Positions 18,431 to 27,234 of a DNA stretch of 64,000 nt are shown piece by piece. Under the pieces are notes generated by a model. That model saw only the letters and a list, made by a program, of their open reading frames with translations. It made no database searches and was not told the origin of the DNA. The DNA comes from Brevinema andersonii (GTDB taxonomy: Bacteria; Spirochaetota; DYKD01): positions 2,025 to 66,024 of the forward strand of contig DYKD01000001.1 in NCBI GenBank assembly GCA_020722765.1, in the 5' to 3' direction. Position 1 is the stretch's first letter. Every line of letters begins with the position of its first letter. A program made the position numbers and the translations under genes.

Positions 18431-19708
18431 ATGAGACACCAGCCTCTCGCTTTCCTGCTCAGACCACAAAACCTGGAAGGGTTCTTCGGCCAATCCGCAC
18501 TTATGAATAAAGGTGCTTTCCTGAGAAAATTGATTGAACAGGACAAGATCAAATCCGTCATTTTTTATGGTCCTTCAGGGACTGGGAAATCGACACTTGC
18601 CCACATCATTGCAAACAAGACCAAAGCGCGCGTCAAATATCTCAACGCAGTGATTGCAAAAATTGATGATATAAGAGAAGCCATAAAACAGGCTGAAGCT
18701 GAACCACTCAGGCAGACAATCCTTTTTGTAGATGAAATACATAGGTTTACAAAAGTGCAGCAGGACGGTCTCCTGCCTTTTGTTGAAGACGGGACAGTGA
18801 CCTTGATCGGCATCACTACAGAAAACCCCTTCTTTTTCCTGACCAAAGCCCTGATTTCCCGTTCAAATGTCTTTGAATTCAAACCGCTAACAGAAGATGA
18901 CCTGAAAAACATCCTCGACCGTGCACTCCTGCATGTGAAGGATTCTTTCAAGATTGCAATCAACATGGATGATAAGGTACGGACTGTCCTGCTAAGTCAA
19001 GCATCAGGGGATGCAAGAAGGCTCATCAATATACTGGAGCTGCTCATTGATTTCGACAATCAAGGGACACAAGACATTTCAGTCCTAGATATTGAAAAAG
19101 TCTCACAGAAAAAAGCCATTTCCTATGACAGGGAAGATGACAAACACTACGATACGATATCAGCATTCATAAAATCAGTCCGCGGAAGCGATCCAGATGC
19201 TGCCATCTACTGGGCTGCAAAAATGCTTGAGGCAGGAGAACCACCGGAATTCATACTGCGGAGACTTGTGATACTAGCGGCAGAAGACATAGGCAATGCG
19301 GATCCTACAGCCTTGATTCTTGCCAATAGCGCCTTTGAAGCCAGCAGATACATAGGCATGCCTGAAGCACGTATCATCATGAGCCAGGCAATCACCTATT
19401 GTGCCTGCGCACCGAAAAGCAACGCTTCCTACCTCGCTATAGATAAAGCGTTAGAGGATATAAGAAACAACATTGTTCATGAGGTGCCTAACCATCTTCG
19501 CGATTCCAATTTTTGGAACAAGACAAAACTCAGGCATGGCACAGGATATATCTATCCTCATGATTCCCCTTATCATTATATCAAGCAAGAATATCTGCCC
19601 AGTGACAAGAAATACTATGAACCAGGAGACCTTGGGTTTGAAAAAAAGATGAAAGAAAGGCTGAAATTCCTGAACACCCTCAAATCAGAAAATGATAACA
19701 GGAAATGA
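18431..19708 (+). CDS. rarA: Replication-associated recombination protein A (AAA+ ATPase RarA/MgsA)
   Basis: LRP..L..F.GQ N-terminus, Walker A GPSGTGKSTLA, Walker B LFVDEIHRF, and the C-terminal MgsA helical domain (AAEDIGNADP, SDPDAAIYWAAKML). Confidence 0.85.
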   Translation: MRHQPLAFLLRPQNLEGFFGQSALMNKGAFLRKLIEQDKIKSVIFYGPSGTGKSTLAHIIANKTKARVKYLNAVIAKIDDIREAIKQAEAEPLRQTILFVDEIHRFTKVQQDGLLPFVEDGTVTLIGITTENPFFFLTKALISRSNVFEFKPLTEDDLKNILDRALLHVKDSFKIAINMDDKVRTVLLSQASGDARRLINILELLIDFDNQGTQDISVLDIEKVSQKKAISYDREDDKHYDTISAFIKSVRGSDPDAAIYWAAKMLEAGEPPEFILRRLVILAAEDIGNADPTALILANSAFEASRYIGMPEARIIMSQAITYCACAPKSNASYLAIDKALEDIRNNIVHEVPNHLRDSNFWNKTKLRHGTGYIYPHDSPYHYIKQEYLPSDKKYYEPGDLGFEKKMKERLKFLNTLKSENDNRK

Positions 19709-20030
19709 GAACAGGGGAAAACTCCTCAAGTCATTCCTTGGTTACACGACCAAACGTTTAGTGCCAATAAACAAGAGAGACACATAAAAATAAAGACCCG
19801 CACGAACATCCAGCACCTGAGTTTTTTTGAATCCTTTTAAGGAAACAATTGGTGCCCTCATCGACATTTTAGCGATTCCCACTGAAGGGCCTTCACACCA
19901 TGCCGCCATATAGGGCCCGGATATTTAATCCATAGAATAAAAAAACATTCAAATGGAGCCTGTGCATGCGGGCTGAATGATAATAATACAGCTTCCCTGC
20001 CATGTCAAATCAAAATCAAATTCCAGCCTC

Positions 20031-20066
20031 TGCAAAAAAAAAGCGGTCCTGGAGGGGAACCGCTTT
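20031..20066 (-). terminator. Rho-independent terminator downstream of the amidase gene
   Basis: GC-rich hairpin AGCGGTCC-tggagg-GGAACCGCT. On the minus strand it is followed by an 8-10 nt U tract (A-run 20031-20040 on the plus strand), ~30 nt after the gene end at 20097. Confidence 0.55.
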
Positions 20067-20096
20067 AGCAAAAAAATCTCAATACATCGGATTACA

Positions 20097-21416
20097 TCAT
20101 GAAAATCCTTTGTACTTATTATAATTCAAAACAAAATTGATGATACCCTCTGCAATGGCATTCGCCACGACACGAAGGTAGGCGTCATCCTTCATCAGTT
20201 TTTCTTCCCTTGGATTGGAAAGAAACCCTATCTCTGTAAGAATTGAAGGGACCATCACTCCTTCAAGCACATAAAATCGTGCGCTCTTCACTCCCCTGTT
20301 CAAAGTACCACTCGGAAGGTTCTTCTGATAGCCTGCGGTCACACTCTCTGCCAACATCTGGCTCTGTCTTATCAATTCAGCGTCAAGCATTCCTGAAAGG
20401 ACTTTGCTCACTATGCTCAAATCTTTCTTCTCTACTGCAAAATAACCATTTTCCAAAGCAGACACAGCTCGTGCTGAGTCATCCGAAGGATTACTACTTA
20501 AAAAATAGGTTTCATAGCCGGATGCCTTGCCGTCCCTGCTGATATTTGCATGGATACTGATAAACACACCATGCTTGGATTTTTTTACTAGATCATTTGC
20601 CATCTTGGTCCTGTCAGCCAGACTGACATATTGGTTATTGGCAACACGTGTGGTTATCACTTCCACATCAGGAAGCTTCTGTGCTAACACCTGACGCACC
20701 ATATCAGAAACCTTCATGACAACCATTTTCTCACGTAATCCAGTTACGCCCACTCCACCTGGATCTTGCCCCCCATGTCCAGGATCAAGGACAATATATT
20801 TAAGCATGTGATCTATGCTCTTATATACTTCTTCAACTTTAGTATCCTGCTGTATGAGAACACGTGGTAACTTATCAACCTTATCCTTTTGTGCCTTCTC
20901 TACCAAGTCCTGACTGGAGTCCTCATTCTTTTCAACCTTTTTTTCAGTATGGAGGATGACTTCCTTTTTATCTAATGCAAGAGCAGGTTCATATTCCTGG
21001 AGTTCCTTGAAAATGAGAGTGTATTTATCAAGTCCGATCTTCTCCATGAGGACAGGAATACTTGAAACAGGAAAGTAGACTCCCCCCTTGTGCATAAGCG
21101 GTTTTTCAGTTGAATAAGCAAGCTCAGAATTGCATGAGAATGAATTATTATCAGGCATGATTTGAATGAGTTTTTCATCATTTTGGAGGACTGCTTTTCG
21201 TGTTATCCTGTCGAAATCATAAAGAAATTTCCCTGCTCCTGCCAATGCATAAAGAGGGACATAATCCTTACCATCCAACCTGACAACAGGAATTTCCTTT
21301 TGCGAACCAAAAGGGTCTTGGACAACTGCCGACAAGGCAGCCTGGGATACGGTCTGAACAAGAAGGACCGTTAGAAGAGATAGAAACAGTGTTACTCTTT
21401 TCATGCTCATATCCAT
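20097..21416 (-). CDS. N-acetylmuramoyl-L-alanine amidase (Amidase_3 family) with N-terminal signal peptide
   Basis: IVLDPGHGG.DPGG and ISIHAN…GYETYF motifs of AmiA/B/C-type amidases. Hydrophobic N-terminus. Confidence 0.8.
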   Translation of the reverse strand: MDMSMKRVTLFLSLLTVLLVQTVSQAALSAVVQDPFGSQKEIPVVRLDGKDYVPLYALAGAGKFLYDFDRITRKAVLQNDEKLIQIMPDNNSFSCNSELAYSTEKPLMHKGGVYFPVSSIPVLMEKIGLDKYTLIFKELQEYEPALALDKKEVILHTEKKVEKNEDSSQDLVEKAQKDKVDKLPRVLIQQDTKVEEVYKSIDHMLKYIVLDPGHGGQDPGGVGVTGLREKMVVMKVSDMVRQVLAQKLPDVEVITTRVANNQYVSLADRTKMANDLVKKSKHGVFISIHANISRDGKASGYETYFLSSNPSDDSARAVSALENGYFAVEKKDLSIVSKVLSGMLDAELIRQSQMLAESVTAGYQKNLPSGTLNRGVKSARFYVLEGVMVPSILTEIGFLSNPREEKLMKDDAYLRVVANAIAEGIINFVLNYNKYKGFS

Positions 21417-21612
21417 TTATTGAGATTCTGCTGATTAAGTTATCGGAAATGGGATATGGCATTCTTTAATGAGGGGTATTTTTAGTTTTGACCATCCCTG
21501 AACTTATCGAAGCAAGACAATATCTTTCTTCAGCATTCCTCTATAATACCGATAAATTAGCAAAGCCCTCTTTACATACAGATATAGCGTTCTGGGCTAA
21601 GGAGACGTATCT

Positions 21613-22788
21613 TTGAAAAGACTCATACTTCTCATACTACTCATTTCCCTCCCCCTTCTTGCCAAAGAAGTGACATTTGAATGGAAATTCAACCTTGGAG
21701 AAAACCTACATATTGAAAAATTCACGCGCCAGAGCATCATAAAAGACGGAATACTAGCCAGGCAGAGAGACATAAAAGACCTGGTAGTACTCACACCTAT
21801 CCGCATTGAAAAAGGGAACTATCCCCTCGTGGGAATTTATAGGTCATATGAAAAAAACTCAGCGGAAGGGAAAACATCCTATGCCCTAACTGAAGAGGAA
21901 CCGTTGCATTTCTCAGTGTCAAACAATGGCATCTACACAATTCCAACAGGAGAACTGCTTCCGACCATAAGAAACATCCCTGTCTTTCCACGTCAGAACG
22001 TGAAGCCTGGGGACATTTGGACAGCTCTAGGTCTTGAAATTTTCCCTTTTGATCCCCCAGTGGAATGCCCGGTAAATGTTTCTTATCAATACCTCGGAGA
22101 AGAAAAACAACTTGGGAAACAATGTTCCAAACTTTCCTTTTCATACACAATCAACCATTTCAACAACACAGCAAATCCAGAGGTTCCTTACAAGTTTGCA
22201 GGATACTCCTACTCCACACTCTGGCATGACACAAAAACGGGGCTCCCTGTTGCAACAGACAGCGTTTATTCCATCATGTTTTTTTATAGGAATGGGACTG
22301 TGATTGAATACAGCGGGGAGCTTGATGGGACATATTACACACAAAAAGCCGTATCTGCTGCAACAAAAAACAAGTTACGTGATACGATTGAAAAGACCAT
22401 AGGTCCTTCATCAGAAATCACCATTAAGACAAACACGACAGGTGTAGTCATCAGTCTTGGAGAAGTCTTCTTTGATTTTGACAGTGCCACTTTAAAAAAG
22501 GAATCCTATCCATTTCTGGACAAGATATCAGACCATCTTCGACAGAACAGAAAATACGAAGTGATTGTTGAAGGTCATACAGACAGCACTGGGGAAGAGC
22601 GATACAACCAGATACTGTCCGAACAGAGAGCAAAAACGACTCTTGACTATTTCCTCTCTAAGAAAAGCATTGACGAGAAAAAGGCATCCTATATTGGCAA
22701 AGGCAAGAATTCACCTGCCTATCCTAACAACACCCCTGAAAACAGGAAACGGAACAGGCGTGTTGACATCATCATAAAGCAGGAATAG
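21613..22788 (+). CDS. OmpA-family protein (OmpA/MotB C-terminal peptidoglycan-binding domain)
   Basis: Signal peptide. C-terminus carries FDFDSATLK…VEGHTDSTGEERYNQ.LSEQRA…RRVDI, the OmpA_C signature. Confidence 0.75.
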   Translation: MKRLILLILLISLPLLAKEVTFEWKFNLGENLHIEKFTRQSIIKDGILARQRDIKDLVVLTPIRIEKGNYPLVGIYRSYEKNSAEGKTSYALTEEEPLHFSVSNNGIYTIPTGELLPTIRNIPVFPRQNVKPGDIWTALGLEIFPFDPPVECPVNVSYQYLGEEKQLGKQCSKLSFSYTINHFNNTANPEVPYKFAGYSYSTLWHDTKTGLPVATDSVYSIMFFYRNGTVIEYSGELDGTYYTQKAVSAATKNKLRDTIEKTIGPSSEITIKTNTTGVVISLGEVFFDFDSATLKKESYPFLDKISDHLRQNRKYEVIVEGHTDSTGEERYNQILSEQRAKTTLDYFLSKKSIDEKKASYIGKGKNSPAYPNNTPENRKRNRRVDIIIKQE

Positions 22789-22874
22789 GAGCATAAAAAT
22801 GACTGAAATCACTATCACATCATCAAAAAGAAATAAATTCATTGACGGACCACGTTCAAGGAAGGTGACAGTCA

Positions 22875-23573
22875 ATGTCCTCGGATAAAAAACTGAGAAT
22901 AGACATACTCTGTTCCATGATCCTCTTGCTTCTATCTGTTGCTCCTACACTAGGCGAAGGAAGTGATATTACAAATCATGCAGATCCAAATTCATTCTTT
23001 GGAAGGTATTGCCTCTACTACATCAATCAACCCCCAGTCTACTATGCGGAAGATTTCTACGAGCTCTATGCCCGACGCAGCTATTACGGTGAAGAAGAGA
23101 TCAATCTCAATATCCTTTTCATGCAAGGGGCATTACAAGCTCCCTATAGACCTGCCTATAAATCACTTGTTCCTATCCATACGGAACGTGAGCATGAAAA
23201 ATACAGGAATCTCCTAAAAATGCATGCGAATGTCAGGATACTCCAGGACTATCTCTATCTCGGTAGGATCTATGACATGCAAAAAATATATTTCTATCAC
23301 GAACCATTCCAGGAAGACCTTATAAAAAGCCTACAAAGGGCTGAATACTATTACCTTCTAGCAAGAGACTACTGGACTGACGTTAAAAGACATGCTGTAG
23401 ATGCTTATGTCATGAAGGATATCCGAATTCCTATTGATCATCTTGAGGATGAGATGCGATTCATTGTACAAAGGGATGTTGACTGGCAGTTTGACAGGAT
23501 CATAGCTGTCCATCTTGCAAAGGTCAGGGCTCATCTTGAAAGTCTTGGTGCTGTCAACAACCAAATTCCCTAA
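22875..23573 (+). CDS. Secreted Tyr-rich hypothetical protein
   Basis: Signal peptide. No recognisable motifs. Compositionally protein-like. Confidence 0.4.
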   Translation: MSSDKKLRIDILCSMILLLLSVAPTLGEGSDITNHADPNSFFGRYCLYYINQPPVYYAEDFYELYARRSYYGEEEINLNILFMQGALQAPYRPAYKSLVPIHTEREHEKYRNLLKMHANVRILQDYLYLGRIYDMQKIYFYHEPFQEDLIKSLQRAEYYYLLARDYWTDVKRHAVDAYVMKDIRIPIDHLEDEMRFIVQRDVDWQFDRIIAVHLAKVRAHLESLGAVNNQIP

Positions 23574-23651
23574 CCTGTCGATTACAAATTCAGAAATTCT
23601 TGACTTTCCTCCTATTAATAAGTTTATTTGGTATAAGGAAAATAAATAGCC

Positions 23652-25136
23652 ATGAGTAATTACAACATACTAGTCGTTGATGATGAAGAGATCATTCGGG
23701 ATCCGGTGAGCACACAGCTTCAGAAACATGGTTACACAGTCCAGACTGCTGTAGATTATGATGATGCCATAAAAAAACTGAATAAAAACTCCTTCGACCT
23801 TGTCATAACAGATATCAGCATGGCGGGTTCTGCCGTGACTACAGGTGGTAAAAGGGATACCCAAGGTATAGAAGTCCTACAATATTGTAAAAGAAATTTT
23901 CCAGATATCATAGTCATCCTTTTGACAGGAGTAGGCACGGCCCGACAAGCCATTGAATCCATACAAAAAGGCGCATACGACTATATCAACAAACCCTTTG
24001 ACAGTAAAAAACTTATCTTCACAATCAAGAAAGCGCTTGATGAAAGGGAAAAACTGAGAAATAGCTTTACCATACAGAATGTGGTGCAACGAAACCTTTC
24101 AGAAAACTTCGTATTTGCCAGTACGGAAATGCTAAAAATCCACGATCTCATTGAAAGAGTCGCTCCTTCAGATGCAGGTCCCATTCTCATACGAGGTGAG
24201 ACTGGAGTCGGAAAAGAGGTTGTAGCAAAAAGCATACATAACTTGAGCAAACGGAAAGATCAGCCTTTTTTGGAAATAAACTGTACAGCTATCCAGGAGA
24301 AACTCTTGGAAAACGAACTATTCGGACATGAAAAAGGATCTTTCACTGACGCCAAAGAGACAAAAAAGGGTCTTTTCGAAATTGCTTCTGATGGGACCCT
24401 GTTCCTTGACGAAATTGGTGATATCGATCTGAATGTACAAGCCAAGCTTCTCAAGGTCCTCGAATCAAAAACATTCTTCCGTATTGGTGGGACTCAACCA
24501 ATACAGACCAACACAAGGATCATTGTTGCAACAAATAAAAACCTTGAACAAGCAATCAAGGATAAAACATATCGCGAAGACCTTTACTATAGATTGAAAA
24601 TGATAAACCTGAATATCCCTCCCCTGAGGGAAAGGAAAGAAGACATCATCCCTCTGACCCTTTATTTTATGAAACAATTCAACAAGAGATTCGCAAAAAA
24701 TTTCCAGGATATACACGAACATGCATTACACATATTAAAAGAATATTCCTGGCCTGGCAATGTGAGGGAATTAAAGAATATGATCGAAAGGATCATCCTT
24801 CTTGAAGAGGACACCTCCATCAAAGTCCGGCATCTTCCTATGGAAATGTTCCATGACCTGTTTCCAGAAAAAAAAGAGTCTCCTTCGGAAGAATCAGACA
24901 TACCTGTACAATCACAATCACCAGCAGTAACAGATAAAACAACACCAGAAACAGTAATTATTGAAAAACAAGGGGACACAGAGACATTTGTCTCATTGGA
25001 AGAGATGCAGCGCCTTTATATGCTGAAAGTCCTCAAATCCACAAAAGGAAATAAGGTGAAAGCCGCGGAAATTCTTGGCATCCACAGAAAAACATTATGG
25101 GACAAGATCAGAAATGGTTCATCAGAAGCAAAATAA
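23652..25136 (+). CDS. Sigma-54-dependent response regulator (NtrC family: REC + AAA+ sigma-54 activator + Fis-type HTH)
   Basis: Receiver-domain Asp pocket (VVDDEE…LVITDISM). GETGVGKE Walker A. GSFTDA (GAFTGA variant). ESELFGHEKG region. C-terminal HTH (KAAEILGIHRKTLWDKI). Confidence 0.85.
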   Translation: MSNYNILVVDDEEIIRDPVSTQLQKHGYTVQTAVDYDDAIKKLNKNSFDLVITDISMAGSAVTTGGKRDTQGIEVLQYCKRNFPDIIVILLTGVGTARQAIESIQKGAYDYINKPFDSKKLIFTIKKALDEREKLRNSFTIQNVVQRNLSENFVFASTEMLKIHDLIERVAPSDAGPILIRGETGVGKEVVAKSIHNLSKRKDQPFLEINCTAIQEKLLENELFGHEKGSFTDAKETKKGLFEIASDGTLFLDEIGDIDLNVQAKLLKVLESKTFFRIGGTQPIQTNTRIIVATNKNLEQAIKDKTYREDLYYRLKMINLNIPPLRERKEDIIPLTLYFMKQFNKRFAKNFQDIHEHALHILKEYSWPGNVRELKNMIERIILLEEDTSIKVRHLPMEMFHDLFPEKKESPSEESDIPVQSQSPAVTDKTTPETVIIEKQGDTETFVSLEEMQRLYMLKVLKSTKGNKVKAAEILGIHRKTLWDKIRNGSSEAK

Positions 25137-25208
25137 CACACTGACGATTTTTTTCTGATTAAGTTTGGTTCAGTTCTGGGGTTTCTTTTTGGGGATGATT
25201 AGGACCTC

Positions 25209-25628
25209 TTAAAGATTGCTGATATTCTGGCTTATATGATCAATCTCTTCCTTGCTATAAAGTTTCCCCCTACCAATTCCTTTGCACGCACCTTCAACTT
25301 TCTCACGCCAGGCTCGAGGAGTAAGGCAGATTTCCCAAAAAGGCCATGTCCTACATTGGGGAGGTCTGACTTCGTAGATCGTACATTTCCCATCTTTCAA
25401 AAAAAGACAATCTTTTGTAAAATCCTTGATTACAATATTTTGTCCTTTTCTGACCGTATATTGATTCTTGAAGTCCTCTTCAGAAATTTTCAGAAAAGCA
25501 CTAATTGCGGAAATGTCATCAGCTGAAAGATAGACATATCCTTCCTCTCCAGGCTTGCACCTGCAACAGTCTCCACACCCTGTACATTCAAAACGTATAC
25601 CATTCTTATACCATTTCTCTCTGCTCAC
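25209..25628 (-). CDS. YkgJ-family Cys-cluster protein (putative zinc/iron-chelating domain, UPF0153)
   Basis: FECTGCGDCCRC (CxxCxxCC) plus further Cys residues, as in YkgJ/PF03692. Confidence 0.65.
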   Translation of the reverse strand: MSREKWYKNGIRFECTGCGDCCRCKPGEEGYVYLSADDISAISAFLKISEEDFKNQYTVRKGQNIVIKDFTKDCLFLKDGKCTIYEVRPPQCRTWPFWEICLTPRAWREKVEGACKGIGRGKLYSKEEIDHISQNISNL

Positions 25629-26188
25629 TTCTGACTCCTTGACTTCATATATTTTCTAAACTCATCCTCAAAATTCGGCGTAAAAACACCTTTCCCTATT
25701 GTGTTTCTTATCTCGCCGACAGACCAAAATCGCACACTGTCAATTTCAGATTTCTGAAAAGTGAATTTCCGTTTGTTTATCCTGACCAAATACGTATGAA
25801 CCAATTCCCTTTCCTTATCACTCTGCATGACATACGAATACAGGAATTTGACATGCTTCGCTTTCAGCTCAAGGCCTAATTCCTCTTTTGCTTCCCTGAA
25901 AAGGGCTTGAAAAACGCCTTCCCCAAAGTTGACATGCCCCCCAACAGAAGTATCCCATTTACCAGGCTGGATATCCTTATTCATGGATCTTTTCTGGAGC
26001 AACAAATATCCTTGAGGATTGACGACAATCAGATGTACAACCTTGTGCAAAAGAAAGGATTTCCCGTTGTGACAGATTTTACGAGGAGCTCTCCCACAAG
26101 TCTTGCCAGATTCATCCACAACTTCAAACCATTCAGCTTTTGGATGAACAAAACGAAATACCAGATTTAGCAAAAACGGAAGCTTCAA
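25625..26188 (-). CDS. Nudix hydrolase
   Basis: Nudix box GGHVNFGEGVFQALFREAKEELGL (Gx5Ex7REUxEExGU). Confidence 0.75.
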   Translation of the reverse strand: MKLPFLLNLVFRFVHPKAEWFEVVDESGKTCGRAPRKICHNGKSFLLHKVVHLIVVNPQGYLLLQKRSMNKDIQPGKWDTSVGGHVNFGEGVFQALFREAKEELGLELKAKHVKFLYSYVMQSDKERELVHTYLVRINKRKFTFQKSEIDSVRFWSVGEIRNTIGKGVFTPNFEDEFRKYMKSRSQK

Positions 26189-26274
26189 AGAAATAACCTC
26201 ATCAGTCCTTGTACATGATCATGTCAAAAACCATAATAAGCCAAAAAACTACTGCTATCAAAACCTTCCGCTTT

Positions 26275-26493
26275 CTATCCTGCTGCAATTACTTCTTGAG
26301 CCTTATCCACTTGATGTGGAAAAAGCGTTCCAGGGACTTTCTCTGATCCCAAGGCCACATTCACCATGTGACGCGCACAACTCATAAAATTACCATGGCA
26401 ATACTTTTTTTTCATCCCTTCTGCTACTGAAGGCATATTTGCCATCTTATCGTTAAAAAAAGGACATTTAGCTATACAATCACAATCAGCCAT
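26275..26493 (-). CDS. Small cysteine-rich protein (72 aa, 6 Cys), possible metal-binding
   Basis: The ORF is preceded by GGAGG 6 nt upstream. Cys pattern MADCDCIAKCP…YCHGNFMSCARH. No family recognised. Confidence 0.4.
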   Translation of the reverse strand: MADCDCIAKCPFFNDKMANMPSVAEGMKKKYCHGNFMSCARHMVNVALGSEKVPGTLFPHQVDKAQEVIAAG

Positions 26494-26630
26494 ATTCTAC
26501 CTCCATTATTTTATAGTATTCTATAATAAATATAACATCTACCATTTGATAAATCCAATATTTTAAAACTAAATTCCAACCATGCATGAAGTTGAGTAAA
26601 AATATATCGCTTTGGATTCAGGTATATTTT

Positions 26631-26662
26631 TATAACCAGCGGGTCATGACCCGCTGGTTATA
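26631..26662. repeat. 32-nt perfect palindrome TATAACCAGCGGGTCATGACCCGCTGGTTATA; its 22-nt core is repeated at 58115..58136
   Basis: Read directly from sequence. Lies 6 nt downstream of the maf stop. Confidence 0.8.
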
Positions 26663-26667
26663 TGCCT

Positions 26668-27234
26668 TTACATGTAAAATCCCATTCCCTTCAATATCCT
26701 GTATAAGAGGTTCAAAGGCAATCCCACAACATTAAAATAATCTCCTTCTATTTTCTTGATGAACATCGAAGAGAAATCCTGGATACCGTACGCACCTGCT
26801 TTGTCCATTGGTTGGTGTGTACGGATATAATTCGAAATTTCCTGTTCGGTCAGTTTGTCAAAAAACACCTTGGTCTTCTCTATGGCTGTTGCGATTTTTG
26901 CTCCCTTAATAAGACATATCCCAGAAAAAACAATATGAGTCCTGTTATTCAAAAGCCTAAGCATCTCAAAGGCATGGGCTTCATCATCAGGCTTCCCCAA
27001 TATCCTGTTCTTACAAAAAACCAGAGTGTCAACACCCAGTATATATCTGTCTGGAAAATCCGAAGCTATTGCAAGAGCTTTCTTCCTGGCATTGTGCTCA
27101 ACCGTAGCAGAAGGAGACTTCAACGTCTCCTCCTCTACATGAGCAGGAATAGCTTCAAAAGGGATTCCTACTGTCTCTAAAAGGTGTTTTCGTCTGGGCG
27201 ATGCAGAAGCAAGGATGATCTTATCTTTCAACAT
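26668..27234 (-). CDS. maf: Maf-like nucleoside triphosphate pyrophosphatase (septum formation protein Maf)
   Basis: ILASASPRRK.LL…G…F motif and overall Maf length and pattern. Confidence 0.85.
   Translation of the reverse strand: MLKDKIILASASPRRKHLLETVGIPFEAIPAHVEEETLKSPSATVEHNARKKALAIASDFPDRYILGVDTLVFCKNRILGKPDDEAHAFEMLRLLNNRTHIVFSGICLIKGAKIATAIEKTKVFFDKLTEQEISNYIRTHQPMDKAGAYGIQDFSSMFIKKIEGDYFNVVGLPLNLLYRILKGMGFYM

Noticed and set aside
19709-20030. tRNA, tmRNA, SRP or RNase P RNA in the 390-bp rarA / amidase intergenic region
   Set aside because: No T-loop (GTTCRA) or acceptor context, and no conserved SRP or RNase P motifs were seen.
23574-23651. Sigma-70 promoter TTGACT…TTTATT upstream of the NtrC-like gene
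   Set aside because: The hexamers are weak or ambiguous and the spacing is uncertain, so it is not reported as a feature.
26631-26662. Palindromes as canonical rho-independent terminators
   Set aside because: Neither copy has a U-tract immediately 3' of the hairpin on either strand. The real terminator-like hairpin with a U-run is at 20031..20066.
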